Shown in pieces: positions 1-15,270 of a stretch of DNA of 64,000 nucleotides. How positions within the stretch are numbered: position 1 is the stretch's first letter; the number at the start of each line of letters is the position of its first letter. The notes beneath the pieces are model-generated. The model was not told the DNA's origin and made no database searches. It worked only from the letters and a program-made list of their open reading frames with translations. Where the stretch lies: assembly GCF_053078305.1 (NCBI RefSeq), contig NZ_CP166879.1. One strand, given 5' to 3'. Both the position numbers and the translations under genes were made by a program.

Positions 1-1
1 C

Positions 2-910
2 ATTGAGGGTAAATGTGTCAGTGATATCAAACTGATCCATGATCAAATGCTCAATGCCACCCTGTATTACTCCGGCTCTGGTGGCCTGGTGATGAACACG
101 ATTTCCTGTGTCGATCTGGCTCTGTGGGATCTGTTCGGCAAAGTGGTCGGGCTTCCGGTTTATAAACTTTTAGGCGGCGCTGTTCGTGATGAGATTCAGT
201 TCTACGCCACAGGTGCGCGTCCGGATCTGGCAAAAGAGATGGGCTTTATCGGTGGCAAAATGCCGACGCACTGGGGGCCACATGATGGCGATGCGGGGAT
301 CCGCAAAGATGCCGCTATGGTCGCGGATATGCGTGAAAAATGCGGTGAGGATTTCTGGTTAATGCTCGACTGCTGGATGAGTCAGGACGTGAACTATGCG
401 ACCAAACTGGCCCACGCTTGCGCGCCCTATAACCTGAAATGGATCGAAGAGTGCCTGCCGCCACAGCAGTATGAAGGTTATCGCGAACTGAAACGCAACG
501 CGCCAGTCGGAATGATGGTCACCAGCGGTGAGCACCACGGCACACTGCAATCTTTTCGTACGCTTTCAGAAACCGGTATCGACATTATGCAGCCGGATGT
601 TGGCTGGTGCGGTGGCTTAACCACGCTGGTGGAAATTGCCGCAATCGCCAAATCCAGGGGGCAACTGGTGGTGCCGCACGGTTCGTCTGTTTACTCCCAC
701 CATGCGGTGATCACCTTCACTAATACGCCATTCAGCGAATTCCTGATGACCAGTCCGGATTGTTCAACGATGCGTCCGCAGTTTGACCCGATTCTGCTCA
801 ATGAGCCGGTTCCGGTGAATGGTCGTATTCATAAATCAGTGCTTGATAAACCCGGTTTTGGCGTCGAACTCAATCGTGACTGCAATTTGAAACGCCCCTA
901 CAGCCACTAA
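2..910 (+). CDS. rhmD: L-rhamnonate dehydratase (enolase superfamily), 3' portion; the 5' end lies outside the window
   Basis: The frame is open from base 2 ([15 protein letters not shown] precedes the first Met of ORF 47..910). The sequence is recognised as E. coli YfaW/RhmD. It is followed by rhmT and rhmA as in K-12. Confidence 0.9.
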   Translation: MEGKCVSDIKLIHDQMLNATLYYSGSGGLVMNTISCVDLALWDLFGKVVGLPVYKLLGGAVRDEIQFYATGARPDLAKEMGFIGGKMPTHWGPHDGDAGIRKDAAMVADMREKCGEDFWLMLDCWMSQDVNYATKLAHACAPYNLKWIEECLPPQQYEGYRELKRNAPVGMMVTSGEHHGTLQSFRTLSETGIDIMQPDVGWCGGLTTLVEIAAIAKSRGQLVVPHGSSVYSHHAVITFTNTPFSEFLMTSPDCSTMRPQFDPILLNEPVPVNGRIHKSVLDKPGFGVELNRDCNLKRPYSH

Positions 911-966
911 TCACTCCGGGCGTTGCTGTGACAACGGTAACGCCCACATATTCTAAGGAGCTTTTT

Positions 967-2256
967 ATGAGCACCGCTTTGCTTGACGCCGTGGTGAAGA
1001 AAAACCGTGTGCGTTTAATTCCGTTTATGTTGGCGCTGTATGTGCTGGCGTTTCTCGACCGTTCGAATATCGGTTTTGCCAAACAGACCTACCAGATTGA
1101 TACCGGGTTGAGTAATGAAGCTTATGCGCTGGGAGCAGGCATTTTCTTTGTGGTATATGCGTTTCTGGGTGTTCCGGCGAATCTTTTGATGCGCAAACTG
1201 GGGGCCAGAACCTGGATTGGTACGACAACACTGCTGTGGGGATTTCTTTCGGCAGCCATGGCATGGGCCGATACTGAAGCGAAATTTCTGATAGTTCGCA
1301 CTCTGCTTGGTGCTGCGGAGGCCGGATTTTTCCTTGGTATGATTTATCTCACCTCGCAATGGTTTCCGCAGCGTAATCGCGCCAGCATTATGGGGCTGTT
1401 CTATATGGGCGCACCGCTGGCGTTAACACTGGGATCACCGCTTTCCGGCGCGCTGCTGGAGATGCATGGATTTATGGGGCATCCCGGCTGGTTCTGGATG
1501 TTTGTGATTGAAGGATTGTTGGCAGTCGGCGCTGGGGTATTCACATTCTTTTGGCTTGATGACACACCGGAGCAGGCACGTTTTCTGAGTAAACAAGAAA
1601 AAACGTTGCTTATCAATCAACTGGCAAGTGAAGAACAACAGAAAGTGACTTCTCGGCTGAGCGATGCGCTGCGTAATGGGCGAGTCTGGCAACTGGCGAT
1701 TATCTACCTGACCATTCAGGTGGCGGTTTACGGATTAATTTTCTTCCTGCCGACCCAGGTTGCGGCATTGCTGGGAACAAAAGTGGGCTTTACAGCGTCG
1801 GTGGTCACCGCCATTCCGTGGGTTGCGGCCTTGTTTGGGACCTGGCTTATTCCGCGCTATTCCGATAAAACCGGCGAACGGCGTAATGTCGCAGCGCTGA
1901 CATTACTGGCGGCGGGCATTGGTATTGGTCTGTCCGGGCTGCTTTCTCCAGTACTGGCGATCGTAGCGCTGTGTGTTGCAGCCATCGGGTTTATTGCCGT
2001 GCAGCCGGTGTTCTGGACGATGCCGACACAACTGCTTTCCGGTACGGCGCTGGCTGCGGGGATTGGTTTTGTAAACCCGTTTGGTGCAGTGGGCGGGTTT
2101 ATTGCCCCGATTCTGCGCGTGAAAGCAGAAACGTTATTTTCCAGCGATGCGGCGGGATTACTGACGCTGGCAGCGGTGGCGGTCATCGGTTCGCTGATTA
2201 TTTTCACTCTGCGTGTAAATCGCACCATTGCGCAGACCGACGTGGCACATCATTAA
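967..2256 (+). CDS. rhmT: MFS transporter (putative L-rhamnonate transporter YfaV/RhmT)
   Basis: ORF 928..2256. I prefer ATG 967 ([16 protein letters not shown]) because TAAGGAG lies at 951-957. The product is 429 aa and multi-TM hydrophobic. Confidence 0.85.
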   Translation: MSTALLDAVVKKNRVRLIPFMLALYVLAFLDRSNIGFAKQTYQIDTGLSNEAYALGAGIFFVVYAFLGVPANLLMRKLGARTWIGTTTLLWGFLSAAMAWADTEAKFLIVRTLLGAAEAGFFLGMIYLTSQWFPQRNRASIMGLFYMGAPLALTLGSPLSGALLEMHGFMGHPGWFWMFVIEGLLAVGAGVFTFFWLDDTPEQARFLSKQEKTLLINQLASEEQQKVTSRLSDALRNGRVWQLAIIYLTIQVAVYGLIFFLPTQVAALLGTKVGFTASVVTAIPWVAALFGTWLIPRYSDKTGERRNVAALTLLAAGIGIGLSGLLSPVLAIVALCVAAIGFIAVQPVFWTMPTQLLSGTALAAGIGFVNPFGAVGGFIAPILRVKAETLFSSDAAGLLTLAAVAVIGSLIIFTLRVNRTIAQTDVAHH

Positions 2257-2273
2257 ATAGGTTAAGGAACACG

Positions 2274-3077
2274 ATGAACGCATTATTAACCAATCCCTTT
2301 AAAGAACGTTTACGCAAGGGCGAAGTGCAAATTGGTCTGTGGTTAAGCTCAACGACTGCCTATATGGCAGAAATTGCCGCTACTTCCGGTTATGACTGGT
2401 TGCTGATTGACGGGGAGCATGCGCCAAACACCATTCAGGATCTTTATCACCAGCTACAGGCGGTAGCCCCCTATGCCAGCCAACCCGTGATCCGTCCGGT
2501 GGAAGGCAGTAAACCGCTGATTAAACAAATCCTGGATATTGGCGCGCAAACTCTACTGATCCCGATGGTCGATACTGCCGATCAGGCACGTCAGGTGGTG
2601 TCTGCCACGCGCTATCCTCCCTACGGTGAGCGTGGTGTCGGGGCCAGTGTGGCACGGGCTGCGCGCTGGGGACGCATTGAGAATTACATGGCGCAAGTTA
2701 ACGATTCACTTTGTCTGTTGGTGCAGGTGGAAAGTAAAACGGCACTGGATAATCTGGACGAAATCCTCGACGTCCAAGGGATTGATGGCGTGTTTATTGG
2801 ACCTGCGGATCTTTCTGCGTCGTTGGGCTACCCGGATAACGCCGGGCACCCGGAAGTGCAGCGAATTATTGAAACCAGTATTCGGCGGATCCGTGCTGCG
2901 GGTAAAGCGGCTGGTTTTCTGGCTGTGGCTCCTGATATGGCGCAGCAATGCCTGGCGTGGGGAGCGAACTTTGTCGCTGTTGGCGTTGACACGATGCTCT
3001 ACAGCGATGCCCTGGATCAACGACTGGCGATGTTTAAATCAGGCAAAAATGGGCCACGCATAAAAGGTAGTTATTGA
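2274..3077 (+). CDS. rhmA: 2-keto-3-deoxy-L-rhamnonate aldolase (HpcH/HpaI aldolase family)
   Basis: The internal ATG 2274 ([21 protein letters not shown]) of ORF 1971..3077 follows AAGGAA. The upstream part of that ORF overlaps rhmT out of frame. The product is 267 aa and recognised as YfaU/RhmA. Confidence 0.9.
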   Translation: MNALLTNPFKERLRKGEVQIGLWLSSTTAYMAEIAATSGYDWLLIDGEHAPNTIQDLYHQLQAVAPYASQPVIRPVEGSKPLIKQILDIGAQTLLIPMVDTADQARQVVSATRYPPYGERGVGASVARAARWGRIENYMAQVNDSLCLLVQVESKTALDNLDEILDVQGIDGVFIGPADLSASLGYPDNAGHPEVQRIIETSIRRIRAAGKAAGFLAVAPDMAQQCLAWGANFVAVGVDTMLYSDALDQRLAMFKSGKNGPRIKGSY

Positions 3078-3117
3078 TATCAAAGGCCCATGGGGATCGG
3101 CTGTGGGCCTGTGTTAA

Positions 3118-3342
3118 TTAGTGGTTATTCGCTGCCAAATCGGCTTCGCTTAGCTGGGTGGCCGCGAGCACCTGGTCACGATCAATGCCCTGTTCCAGCA
3201 TGCGCAAAGCAATTTTAATGGCTTGTTCATGCATACCTTCCTGCAAACCTTCTAATTTACCTTGCTGCAAACCTACTAATTTACCTTCTTGCCAGCCAAT
3301 TTGATGTCCTTCCTGCCGTAGCCGTTCAGCAATAGTCATCAA
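3118..3342 (-). CDS. ypaA: Stand-alone Rpn C-terminal-domain protein (ypaA-like; tandem duplicate of the rpnE 3' end)
   Basis: The 74-aa product [21 protein letters not shown]...[12 protein letters not shown] is nearly identical to the last 80 aa of the adjacent rpnE. It keeps its own AAGGAGAG SD ahead of the ATG. Confidence 0.6.
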   Translation of the reverse strand: MMTIAERLRQEGHQIGWQEGKLVGLQQGKLEGLQEGMHEQAIKIALRMLEQGIDRDQVLAATQLSEADLAANNH

Positions 3343-3351
3343 TCTCTCCTT

Positions 3352-3594
3352 TTAATGACAGTTCGGAATATCAGCATCAGTGAGTTGGGTTGCCGCCAGC
3401 ACAATCTCACGTTCAAAGCCCTGCTCCAGCATGCGCAAGGCAATTTTAATGGCTTGCTCATGCATGCCTTCCTGCAAACCTTCTAATTTACCTTTCTGCA
3501 GACCCTCCAATTTACCTTGCTGCAAACCTTCTAATTTACCTTCCTGCCAGCCAATTTGATGCCCTTCCTGCCTCAGCCGTTCAGCAATAGTCAT
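3352..3594 (-). CDS. Candidate nested small ORF (RpnS-like) inside rpnE, using an internal SD+ATG
   Basis: An in-frame ATG at 3594 is preceded by AAAGGAGAGATTA. This is the same SD-ATG arrangement that heads the stand-alone duplicate at 3342. The product would be 80 aa ([11 protein letters not shown]...). Confidence 0.4.
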   Translation of the reverse strand: MTIAERLRQEGHQIGWQEGKLEGLQQGKLEGLQKGKLEGLQEGMHEQAIKIALRMLEQGFEREIVLAATQLTDADIPNCH

Positions 3595-4323
3595 TAATCT
3601 CTCCTTTTGTAGTGGTGAACGTTCGGCAATCTCCTGAATAAAACGGGTGAAACGGGAGGTATCGCCGCATTGCAGCAGATAATTAAACAGTGTTTGTAGC
3701 TGGCTGTCATTAGTGAAGCCTCTAACCAAAAGCGTGGTGATCCTGTCGACCATACCGATTAAATCGCGGTCGCGAATATGCTTTTGAATCAGTTCAAGCA
3801 GAGCTATACGCCGATGTTGCATGATCTCATCGTCAGGTACGATGGTAATATCCACCAACGGAAAAGCTTCGGTGTACAACTGCCGGGCAAGTTGCGGATC
3901 GTCAAACTCATCCAGCCAGTTGAGTGAGTACGGGTAGGGCGAGGTTTCGCCATGATAAAACAGCAACGGCACCACCAGCGGGACTCTGTCATAGCCTTTG
4001 TCCAGGTGACGCTGCATGGCGGCAGTGGCATAGCGCATTAGCCGAAAAGCCATATTCTTTTCTGCAGAGCTTTGATGTTCAATCACGCAGTAGATATAGC
4101 CGTCACCGTCGCTGGTTTCCACGGACCACAAAACATCCGAGTAGTAAGCGCGTAAACTTTTTTCAATAAAACTAGTGGGTTCCAGGCGTAAGGTTTGCAG
4201 GTTGCAAAGCTTGCGCAGTGGTTCTGGTAAATGTATTTCGAGAAAATCCCGTGCGGTTTCGGGTGTGAACATAAAGGTTTTAAATACTGCATCATGCGGG
4301 GAGGAGGTTGTTGATTCGGTCAT
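3352..4323 (-). CDS. rpnE: Recombination-promoting nuclease RpnE/YfaD (PD-(D/E)XK, Rpn/transposase_31 family)
   Basis: The 323-aa ORF is recognised as YfaD. Its position between glpC and rhmA matches K-12. The C-terminus carries xGKLEGLQ repeats. Confidence 0.85.
   Translation of the reverse strand: MTESTTSSPHDAVFKTFMFTPETARDFLEIHLPEPLRKLCNLQTLRLEPTSFIEKSLRAYYSDVLWSVETSDGDGYIYCVIEHQSSAEKNMAFRLMRYATAAMQRHLDKGYDRVPLVVPLLFYHGETSPYPYSLNWLDEFDDPQLARQLYTEAFPLVDITIVPDDEIMQHRRIALLELIQKHIRDRDLIGMVDRITTLLVRGFTNDSQLQTLFNYLLQCGDTSRFTRFIQEIAERSPLQKERLMTIAERLRQEGHQIGWQEGKLEGLQQGKLEGLQKGKLEGLQEGMHEQAIKIALRMLEQGFEREIVLAATQLTDADIPNCH
3469..3543 (-). repeat. In-frame 24-bp tandem repeat (3 units, xGKLEGLQ) in the rpnE 3' region; 2 units in the duplicate at about 3238-3288
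   Basis: ctgca(a/g)acc(t/c)tc(t/c)aatttacc units separated by one codon, read directly from the sequence. Confidence 0.8.
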
Positions 4324-4515
4324 GGTTGTCCGTCACCTGATATTTATGATGACGCGACATTACGGTTATCCCAGGCCTTTGACATCTGCCAGTTTCAGCC
4401 TTTGCGAGACGTTTTCAGAGGAATTTTCACTGCGTTGCAACGCATACATTGGGCACGGAATCGTGTACGCAAAAATGCCCGGTAACCACATGCTTACCGG
4501 GCATCAGAAAGGAGT

Positions 4516-8580
<4,065 letters not shown>

Positions 8581-8852
8581 TGTTATCCCTCTGAAGTTCG
8601 TTTTTTACCATTTAGCCATAGTAAAAACATGAATTGTTTGATTTCGCGCATATTCGCTCATAATTCGAAAGTGAAACGTGATTTCATGCGTCATTTTGAA
8701 CATTCTGTAAATCTTATTTAATAATGTGTGCGGCAATTCACATTTAATTTATGAATGTTTTCTTAACATCGCGGCAACTCAAGAAACGGCAGGTTCTCTC
8801 ACTGAATCAGGCTGTTAATCATAAATAAGACCACGGGCCACGGAGGCTATCA
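8581..8852. promoter_or_regulatory. Divergent glpACB / glpTQ control region
   Basis: A 272-bp AT-rich intergenic region lies between divergent operons. A CRP-type site TGTGC-N6-TCACA sits at 8727-8742. A second weaker site is at about 8668-8689. TTCG-rich repeats at 8640-8670 are consistent with GlpR operators. Confidence 0.7.
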
Positions 8853-10211
8853 ATGTTGAGTATTTTTAAACCAGCGCCACACAAAGCGCGCTTACCTGCC
8901 GCGGAGATCGATCCGACTTATCGTCGATTGCGCTGGCAAATTTTCCTGGGGATATTCTTTGGCTATGCTGCTTACTATTTGGTTCGTAAGAACTTTGCGC
9001 TTGCTATGCCTTATCTGGTTGAGCAGGGATTCTCACGCGGTGATTTAGGTTTTGCCCTTTCGGGGATCTCGATTGCTTATGGATTTTCGAAATTCATCAT
9101 GGGTTCGGTATCGGATCGCTCGAATCCGCGCGTTTTCCTGCCCGCAGGTTTGATTCTGGCGGCGGCAGTGATGTTGTTTATGGGCTTTGTGCCATGGGCG
9201 ACGTCGAGCATTGCGGTGATGTTTGTACTGTTGTTCCTCTGCGGTTGGTTCCAGGGGATGGGGTGGCCGCCGTGTGGTCGTACTATGGTGCACTGGTGGT
9301 CGCAGAAAGAACGTGGCGGCATTGTGTCAGTGTGGAACTGTGCGCACAACGTCGGTGGTGGTATTCCGCCGCTGCTGTTCCTGCTGGGGATGGCCTGGTT
9401 CAATGACTGGCACGCGGCGCTCTATATGCCCGCTTTTTGCGCCATTCTGGTGGCATTATTCGCCTTTGCGATGATGCGCGATACCCCGCAATCCTGTGGC
9501 TTGCCGCCGATCGAAGAGTACAAAAATGATTATCCGGACGACTATAACGAAAAAGCGGAACAGGAGCTGACCGCGAAGCAAATCTTCATGCAGTACGTGC
9601 TGCCGAACAAACTGCTGTGGTACATCGCCATCGCCAACGTGTTCGTTTATCTGCTGCGTTACGGCATCCTCGACTGGTCACCGACTTATCTGAAAGAGGT
9701 TAAGCATTTCGCGCTGGATAAATCCTCCTGGGCCTACTTCTTCTATGAGTATGCGGGTATTCCGGGCACCCTGCTGTGCGGCTGGATGTCGGATAAAGTC
9801 TTCCGTGGCAACCGTGGGGCAACCGGCGTTTTCTTTATGACACTGGTGACCATCGCGACTATCGTTTACTGGATGAACCCGGCAGGTAACCCAACCGTCG
9901 ATATGATTTGTATGATTGTTATCGGCTTCCTGATCTACGGCCCTGTGATGCTGATCGGTCTGCATGCGCTGGAACTGGCACCGAAAAAAGCGGCAGGAAC
10001 GGCAGCGGGCTTTACCGGTCTGTTTGGTTACCTGGGCGGTTCGGTGGCGGCGAGCGCGATTGTTGGCTACACCGTGGACTTCTTCGGCTGGGATGGCGGC
10101 TTTATGGTAATGATTGGCGGCAGCATTCTGGCGGTTATCTTGTTGATTGTTGTGATGATTGGCGAAAAACGTCGCCATCAGGAATTACTGCAAAAACGCA
10201 ACGGAGGCTAA
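8853..10211 (+). CDS. glpT: Glycerol-3-phosphate:phosphate antiporter (MFS)
   Basis: 452 aa, recognised as GlpT. GGAGG lies upstream of the ATG. Confidence 0.95.
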   Translation: MLSIFKPAPHKARLPAAEIDPTYRRLRWQIFLGIFFGYAAYYLVRKNFALAMPYLVEQGFSRGDLGFALSGISIAYGFSKFIMGSVSDRSNPRVFLPAGLILAAAVMLFMGFVPWATSSIAVMFVLLFLCGWFQGMGWPPCGRTMVHWWSQKERGGIVSVWNCAHNVGGGIPPLLFLLGMAWFNDWHAALYMPAFCAILVALFAFAMMRDTPQSCGLPPIEEYKNDYPDDYNEKAEQELTAKQIFMQYVLPNKLLWYIAIANVFVYLLRYGILDWSPTYLKEVKHFALDKSSWAYFFYEYAGIPGTLLCGWMSDKVFRGNRGATGVFFMTLVTIATIVYWMNPAGNPTVDMICMIVIGFLIYGPVMLIGLHALELAPKKAAGTAAGFTGLFGYLGGSVAASAIVGYTVDFFGWDGGFMVMIGGSILAVILLIVVMIGEKRRHQELLQKRNGG

Positions 10212-10215
10212 TGGC

Positions 10216-11292
10216 ATGAAATTGACGCTGAAAAACCTTAGCATGGCGATCATGATGAGCACTATAGTCATGGGAAGCAGTGCAATGGCGGCGGACAGCA
10301 ACGAAAAAATAGTCATCGCCCATCGCGGTGCCAGTGGATATTTGCCGGAGCATACGCTGCCAGCAAAAGCGATGGCGTATGCGCAGGGAGCGGATTATCT
10401 GGAACAGGATTTGGTGATGACCAAAGACGACCATCTGGTTGTTCTGCATGACCATTACCTCGATCGTGTTACTGATGTTGCCGATCGTTTCCCGGATCGG
10501 GCGCGCAAAGACGGTCGTTACTACGCGATAGATTTCACGCTGGATGAAATTAAGTCGTTGAAATTTACCGAAGGTTTCGATATTGAAAACGGTAAAAAAG
10601 TGCAGACTTATCCAGGGCGTTTCCCAATGGGTAAGTCCGACTTCCGGGTGCACACATTTGAAGAAGAGATTGAATTTGTTCAGGGGTTAAATCACTCTAC
10701 CGGGAAAAATATCGGTATCTATCCAGAAATCAAAGCGCCGTGGTTCCATCATCAGGAAGGGAAGGATATTGCGGCAAAAACGCTGGAAGTGCTGAAGAAA
10801 TATGGTTACACCGGTAAAGACGATAAAGTTTATTTGCAATGTTTTGATGCTGATGAGCTGAAGCGTATTAAGAATGAGCTGGAACCCAAAATGGGCATGG
10901 ATCTCAATCTGGTACAGCTGATTGCCTATACCGACTGGAATGAAACGCAGCAGAAACAGCCGGACGGAAGCTGGGTTAATTACAACTACGACTGGATGTT
11001 TAAGCCGGGTGCCATGAAACAGGTGGCGGAATATGCAGATGGTATTGGTCCGGATTACCATATGTTGATTGAGGAGACATCGCAGCCGGGTAATATCAAA
11101 CTCACTGGCATGGTGCAAGATGCTCAGCAGAACAAGCTGGTAGTGCATCCTTATACCGTGCGGTCAGATAAACTGCCTGAATACACAACTGATGTGAATC
11201 AGTTATATGATGCTCTGTATAACAAAGCGGGTGTAAATGGGTTGTTTACTGATTTCCCTGATAAAGCGGTTAAATTCCTTAATAAAGAGTAA
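10216..11292 (+). CDS. glpQ: Periplasmic glycerophosphodiester phosphodiesterase
   Basis: ORF 10159..11292. I prefer Met at 10216 (MKLTLKNLSMAIMMSTIVMGSSAMA signal peptide), preceded by GGAGG. The product is 358 aa. Confidence 0.93.
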   Translation: MKLTLKNLSMAIMMSTIVMGSSAMAADSNEKIVIAHRGASGYLPEHTLPAKAMAYAQGADYLEQDLVMTKDDHLVVLHDHYLDRVTDVADRFPDRARKDGRYYAIDFTLDEIKSLKFTEGFDIENGKKVQTYPGRFPMGKSDFRVHTFEEEIEFVQGLNHSTGKNIGIYPEIKAPWFHHQEGKDIAAKTLEVLKKYGYTGKDDKVYLQCFDADELKRIKNELEPKMGMDLNLVQLIAYTDWNETQQKQPDGSWVNYNYDWMFKPGAMKQVAEYADGIGPDYHMLIEETSQPGNIKLTGMVQDAQQNKLVVHPYTVRSDKLPEYTTDVNQLYDALYNKAGVNGLFTDFPDKAVKFLNKE

Positions 11293-11304
11293 TGCTGCTA
11301 CTGC

Positions 11305-11328
11305 AGGATGGCGTTCATGCGCCATCCT
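11305..11328 (+). terminator. Hairpin downstream of glpQ (weak intrinsic terminator candidate)
   Basis: AGGATGGCG / CGCCATCCT 9-bp stem with a 6-nt loop. No clear T-run follows. Confidence 0.35.
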
Positions 11329-11515
11329 CTGCTAAAGCGAAATAATGCTACTACCGGTTATTCTTTTCATTAACCGGTGCGTCCTGTAAAAAAGATGCCA
11401 ACATAATTTTCGTAAAACTCATTCGTTAAAAAAGCTAACACTGGGCATTGTTATTCTTTAAACAGTATGAATAGGTCTCAATAATAAATTGTAATGCAGT
11501 TTATACTGTAAAGTA

Positions 11516-12586
11516 TTATTCTAATTTCGGAAAGGTAAAGAAAATATTAATGTATCTTATTAATTTATCATATTGTTCTTGGGTGAATGCTGTTTGCACA
11601 CCTTCAGGGCAATATTTACCAGTAATAACCAGTTGCCCATTGCTGTGTTGTACCATTAAACCTTCTTTTTCCTTTGGATCTACAAACTTAGAATTATCAA
11701 ATGTGAAGATATTTTTTTCCTGTTTTGAGTAAGCAAAGAAATCTCGTGTATAGCTGAAACTATCATTTATTAATGGTGCTAACTTTTTGTCGGTGATATC
11801 GATAAGCTCACCACTTAATTTATTGATGTATTTCATTTGGTTCAATTTTTTCTGCGCTTGTACAATTTGCTTGTAGGTATTTTTAATTTCCTTAGAAGAA
11901 TTCTTGAATTTATCATAGCGTTCCTCGGAGGATGCGTATTTGTACCATTCTGTATTTTTTCTCAGAATGTAGTAGCAGGTCTGTATATTTTTTTGATCGC
12001 TGTAAAGTTGACTTTTAATACTTTCCTTACTGCTGGTTTTATAAGGTTTATCAGAGCTGTTTATTTTTGAAATGTCTTTTTCTGTCGGTGACTGGACCGT
12101 GTTGTGGATATTTTCTTTTATAACATGTTCATTGATGATGTTAATTGCAGTTTCATATTCATTTAAGTTTATTGTTCTTTGTGAAATAAACCCTTCTTTG
12201 CTTTCGACACTCAAAATACCTTCGTTGTTTTCACCTCGGGTAAAGGTAAGGGTATAGGGTTCATAATCCGCTGCAAATTCATTTTTATACGTTATGACAT
12301 GTTCGACAAAATGTCTTATTGGTACGAAACCATAACTGTGAACGTCAATTTTTTGGGTCTTGATACTATCAATTGCATCTGAGGCTTTCGTGAAAAAAGC
12401 CAATAAATTAGCTATGCTGTCTGTTGAGGTTGATAACCCGTATCTACTTTGAGATATTTTTAGAAACTCATCGCAAAAAAACTCAAGTTTGGCGGTTTGT
12501 TGTGATTCTTTGTAAATTTCTGCTGGTTGCAATTTATTATTTTGTAAAATATTATAGCGAGATAAGTGAATAGATGTATCTGGCAT
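11516..12586 (-). CDS. Hypothetical protein, AT-rich orphan gene (no recognisable domain)
   Basis: ORF 11516..12622. I prefer ATG 12586 (MPDTSIHLSRYN) because AAGGAA lies 6 nt upstream. The composition is very Lys/Asn/Ile-rich with low GC, unlike the flanking core genes. Confidence 0.6.
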   Translation of the reverse strand: MPDTSIHLSRYNILQNNKLQPAEIYKESQQTAKLEFFCDEFLKISQSRYGLSTSTDSIANLLAFFTKASDAIDSIKTQKIDVHSYGFVPIRHFVEHVITYKNEFAADYEPYTLTFTRGENNEGILSVESKEGFISQRTINLNEYETAINIINEHVIKENIHNTVQSPTEKDISKINSSDKPYKTSSKESIKSQLYSDQKNIQTCYYILRKNTEWYKYASSEERYDKFKNSSKEIKNTYKQIVQAQKKLNQMKYINKLSGELIDITDKKLAPLINDSFSYTRDFFAYSKQEKNIFTFDNSKFVDPKEKEGLMVQHSNGQLVITGKYCPEGVQTAFTQEQYDKLIRYINIFFTFPKLE

Positions 12587-13049
12587 AAATGATTCCTTGT
12601 ATTGTGAGTTAACAAGATACAATTTAATCTTTGCAGAATATATTCACTATCAAATTTAGCTCATTTTATTACGAAGACCTTTACGCATGTTAGAAAGTAT
12701 CATTATTGTTAATAAATACGGTAATAAGTAACAAACAGATATTGATAGCTTCCCTGACAAGTTATTAGGTATCCCACTTGAAGATTGAGAATGGCTCCAG
12801 AGTAAACTGTGTACTGTTCGCCGGAGTGTCATTACTCTCAACAATCGGATTTGACAGTGAGTCGGGCGCTTCATACCGGTTTCTACCTGGAGTCATTGTC
12901 ACTTCTCCCAACTGGATAAATATATCGCCAATTCACAAAGTGGGCCAAAATCAGGTGAAAACGAATTATTACGCCTGGTAAAGGCTATAGTACAACTAAG
13001 TGTGGCGAATCAGGCAGTCTTGCATTTGTCATCAATCTCATGTCTTACA

Positions 13050-13928
13050 TCAAATTTTTCCACTCACCACTAGTTGTTCCGTACACATTTGTAGTAAAAA
13101 CAGTGGACTGCCTTCTACCGGCTTTTCTTTAGCCAGCAACGAAATCTGTCGATAGAAGGTTGGTTCGAGAGGAACGGAACACAATTCATCTGCAATGGTT
13201 TTCAGCGTTAACTCTGGTAATAAGGCGATGCCTAATCCCTGTCGAATAAAACTGATCGCTGTATCCGGGTGATTAAATTCATATTTTATCTGTGGGGTAA
13301 TATTCTTTTCTTTAAATAGTGCCATAATGCTTAATTCATAGCGTCCTTTACTAATGATTAATGGTTCACCCATTAATTCTTCCACTGTAATAGTGCTGTT
13401 TTTTGCCAGAGCATGGTTGGGCGGTAACACTACGGTGAATTTATCCTGATAAATGGGCACGGAGTACATTCCGCTCACCGGAAAATGAACAAAACCGGCA
13501 TCAATGGATTCATTCTGAAGCGAATCAATAATCGCTGTGCTATTTTCCTCAAAAGGAATAATTTTTATATTCGGATGATGAATTTCAAAGTAGCGAATCA
13601 CAACCGGTAAGATACAGGCGCAGACGCTGGGGAAACAACCAAGTCTCAGCGTTCTTTGAGGGTTCTGCTTTTCCTGCTCGGCTATCTCTTTTACTGCGTT
13701 AACTTCCCGATTAATGGCGCGCAGATGTTGCACAATGCGATGACCTGCTGTGGTCAGTTGTATAGCTTTACGGCGATCGCGTAACAGTATATTCACACCA
13801 AGTTCTTGTTCGAGGGCAGCAATTGCCTGACTTACCGCCGACTGCGTCATGAACAATCGCTTGCTGGCTTCAGTAAAGCCACCGTAATCCAGCACGGCGA
13901 GTAAAGAATTTATTTGGGTAAGAGTCAT
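13050..13928 (-). CDS. LysR-family transcriptional regulator (intact counterpart of the locus that is the yfaH pseudogene in K-12, from memory)
   Basis: 292 aa, with an N-terminal wHTH (FTEASKRLFMTQSAVSQAIAALEQELG) and a LysR substrate-binding region. It is divergent from the MFS gene. Confidence 0.85.
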   Translation of the reverse strand: MTLTQINSLLAVLDYGGFTEASKRLFMTQSAVSQAIAALEQELGVNILLRDRRKAIQLTTAGHRIVQHLRAINREVNAVKEIAEQEKQNPQRTLRLGCFPSVCACILPVVIRYFEIHHPNIKIIPFEENSTAIIDSLQNESIDAGFVHFPVSGMYSVPIYQDKFTVVLPPNHALAKNSTITVEELMGEPLIISKGRYELSIMALFKEKNITPQIKYEFNHPDTAISFIRQGLGIALLPELTLKTIADELCSVPLEPTFYRQISLLAKEKPVEGSPLFLLQMCTEQLVVSGKI

Positions 13929-14079
13929 TAGAGTTTGCTAATCAATAATATTAAAACGATTAATTTCTCTAATAGCATGCCGCCATTTATACTTCTGTTC
14001 TGCAAAGTACATCACAATTTGACGCAACCGCAGTAACGGGAGTGTTGTCTGCGTGCGTCATCCTGACAGGCGGTAGGGT

Positions 14080-15270
14080 ATGAAAGAGAAGTTATGGACG
14101 AAAGATTTTTGGGCAATCACCATTATTAGCTTTATTATCTTTTTCGTCTTTTATGTGTTGCTGACCTTATTACCTATTTATATCTCCGATCGTCTCCATG
14201 CATCCCCTGATAAAGCTGGTCTGCTGGTGACATTATTTTTAATTGCGGCGATTGTTATTCGACCCTTTGCCGGGCAATGGGTGGGTAAATATTCGAATAA
14301 AACTATTCTGGTGCTCTCTTCTCTGGCCTTTTTGGTGGTCACTGCGCTGTATCCTTTTTGCCACTCAATAGAATCACTGCTTTTTATTAGGGTGCTTCAT
14401 GGTATTACCTTCGGGGTTATCACAACGGTAAAGGGAACGATTTCCGCGCGGCTGATCCCGGCCTCCCGACGTGGGGAGGGCATCAGTTTTTTCTCTCTGG
14501 CAATGGGGCTGGCAATGGTGGTCGGGCCGTGGATTGGCCTGAATATGGCGCGCTGGGAGGCCTTTAATATGGCTTTCTGGTTATGTACTGGCGTTGCGGC
14601 GGTGGGGATTATCCTGTCGCTGATTATGACCGTGCCGCCGGTTATCAGCCATGCCGACGGTTCAAAGCCAAAGATGGGCTTCGCCGCCATGTTCGATCGC
14701 GCGGCGTTGCCATTTGCGATGGTCACCTTTTTTATGACCTTTTCGTATGCCGGGGTTTCTGCTTTTCTGGCGCTTTATGCTCGCGAACTTAACCTGATGT
14801 CGGCGGCCAGTAATTTCCTGCTTTGCTACGCCATCTTCCTGATGATCTGCCGTACCTTTACCGGCAATGTCTGCGACAAAAAAGGACCGAAATATGTGGT
14901 TTACCCTTGCCTTGTGTTCTTTACGGTAGGACTGGTGGTTCTCGGCTACACCCAGGGAAGCATAATGATGGTTGTTTCTGGCGCGTTGATTGGTATCGGG
15001 TATGGTTCCGTGACGCCAGTTTTTCAGACGCAGATTATCAGTTCAGTGGAACCCCATAAAATTGGTGTCGCAAACTCCCTCTTCTTCAATGCGATGGATG
15101 CAGGCCTGGCGCTGGGAGCCTGTGTGATGGGGATGATGGTTGCACATACTGGCTACCGAATGATTTATCTGCTGGGCGCACTATTAGTGGTAGTGGCTGG
15201 TGGAGTCTATGCGCTGCAAATGAAGGGTAAAAGCGGTGTCGTGCTAGTAGTGGCAAAAGAAATTCATTAA
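14080..15270 (+). CDS. MFS transporter (12-TM type), divergent partner of the LysR regulator
   Basis: 396 aa, hydrophobic throughout, with an MFS-like loop motif RPFAGQWVGKYSNK. Confidence 0.85.
   Translation: MKEKLWTKDFWAITIISFIIFFVFYVLLTLLPIYISDRLHASPDKAGLLVTLFLIAAIVIRPFAGQWVGKYSNKTILVLSSLAFLVVTALYPFCHSIESLLFIRVLHGITFGVITTVKGTISARLIPASRRGEGISFFSLAMGLAMVVGPWIGLNMARWEAFNMAFWLCTGVAAVGIILSLIMTVPPVISHADGSKPKMGFAAMFDRAALPFAMVTFFMTFSYAGVSAFLALYARELNLMSAASNFLLCYAIFLMICRTFTGNVCDKKGPKYVVYPCLVFFTVGLVVLGYTQGSIMMVVSGALIGIGYGSVTPVFQTQIISSVEPHKIGVANSLFFNAMDAGLALGACVMGMMVAHTGYRMIYLLGALLVVVAGGVYALQMKGKSGVVLVVAKEIH

Noticed and set aside
1971-2273. Upstream extension of the rhmA ORF overlapping rhmT; similar 5' extensions occur in glpC (to 5781), glpB (to 7190), ubiG (to 25311), yfaA (28138), cI (49514), Q (54296), nanS-p (60034) and the holin (62749)
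   Set aside because: In each case an internal Met with a proper SD matches the known or expected N-terminus. The extension overlaps the preceding gene or operator DNA.
12623-13049. Short ORFs 12656..12874 (-) and 12778..12981 (+) in the AT-rich gap of the islet
   Set aside because: They overlap each other and have no SD. Their composition is typical of random ORFs in AT-rich DNA. They may be remnants of decayed genes, but I cannot support a call.
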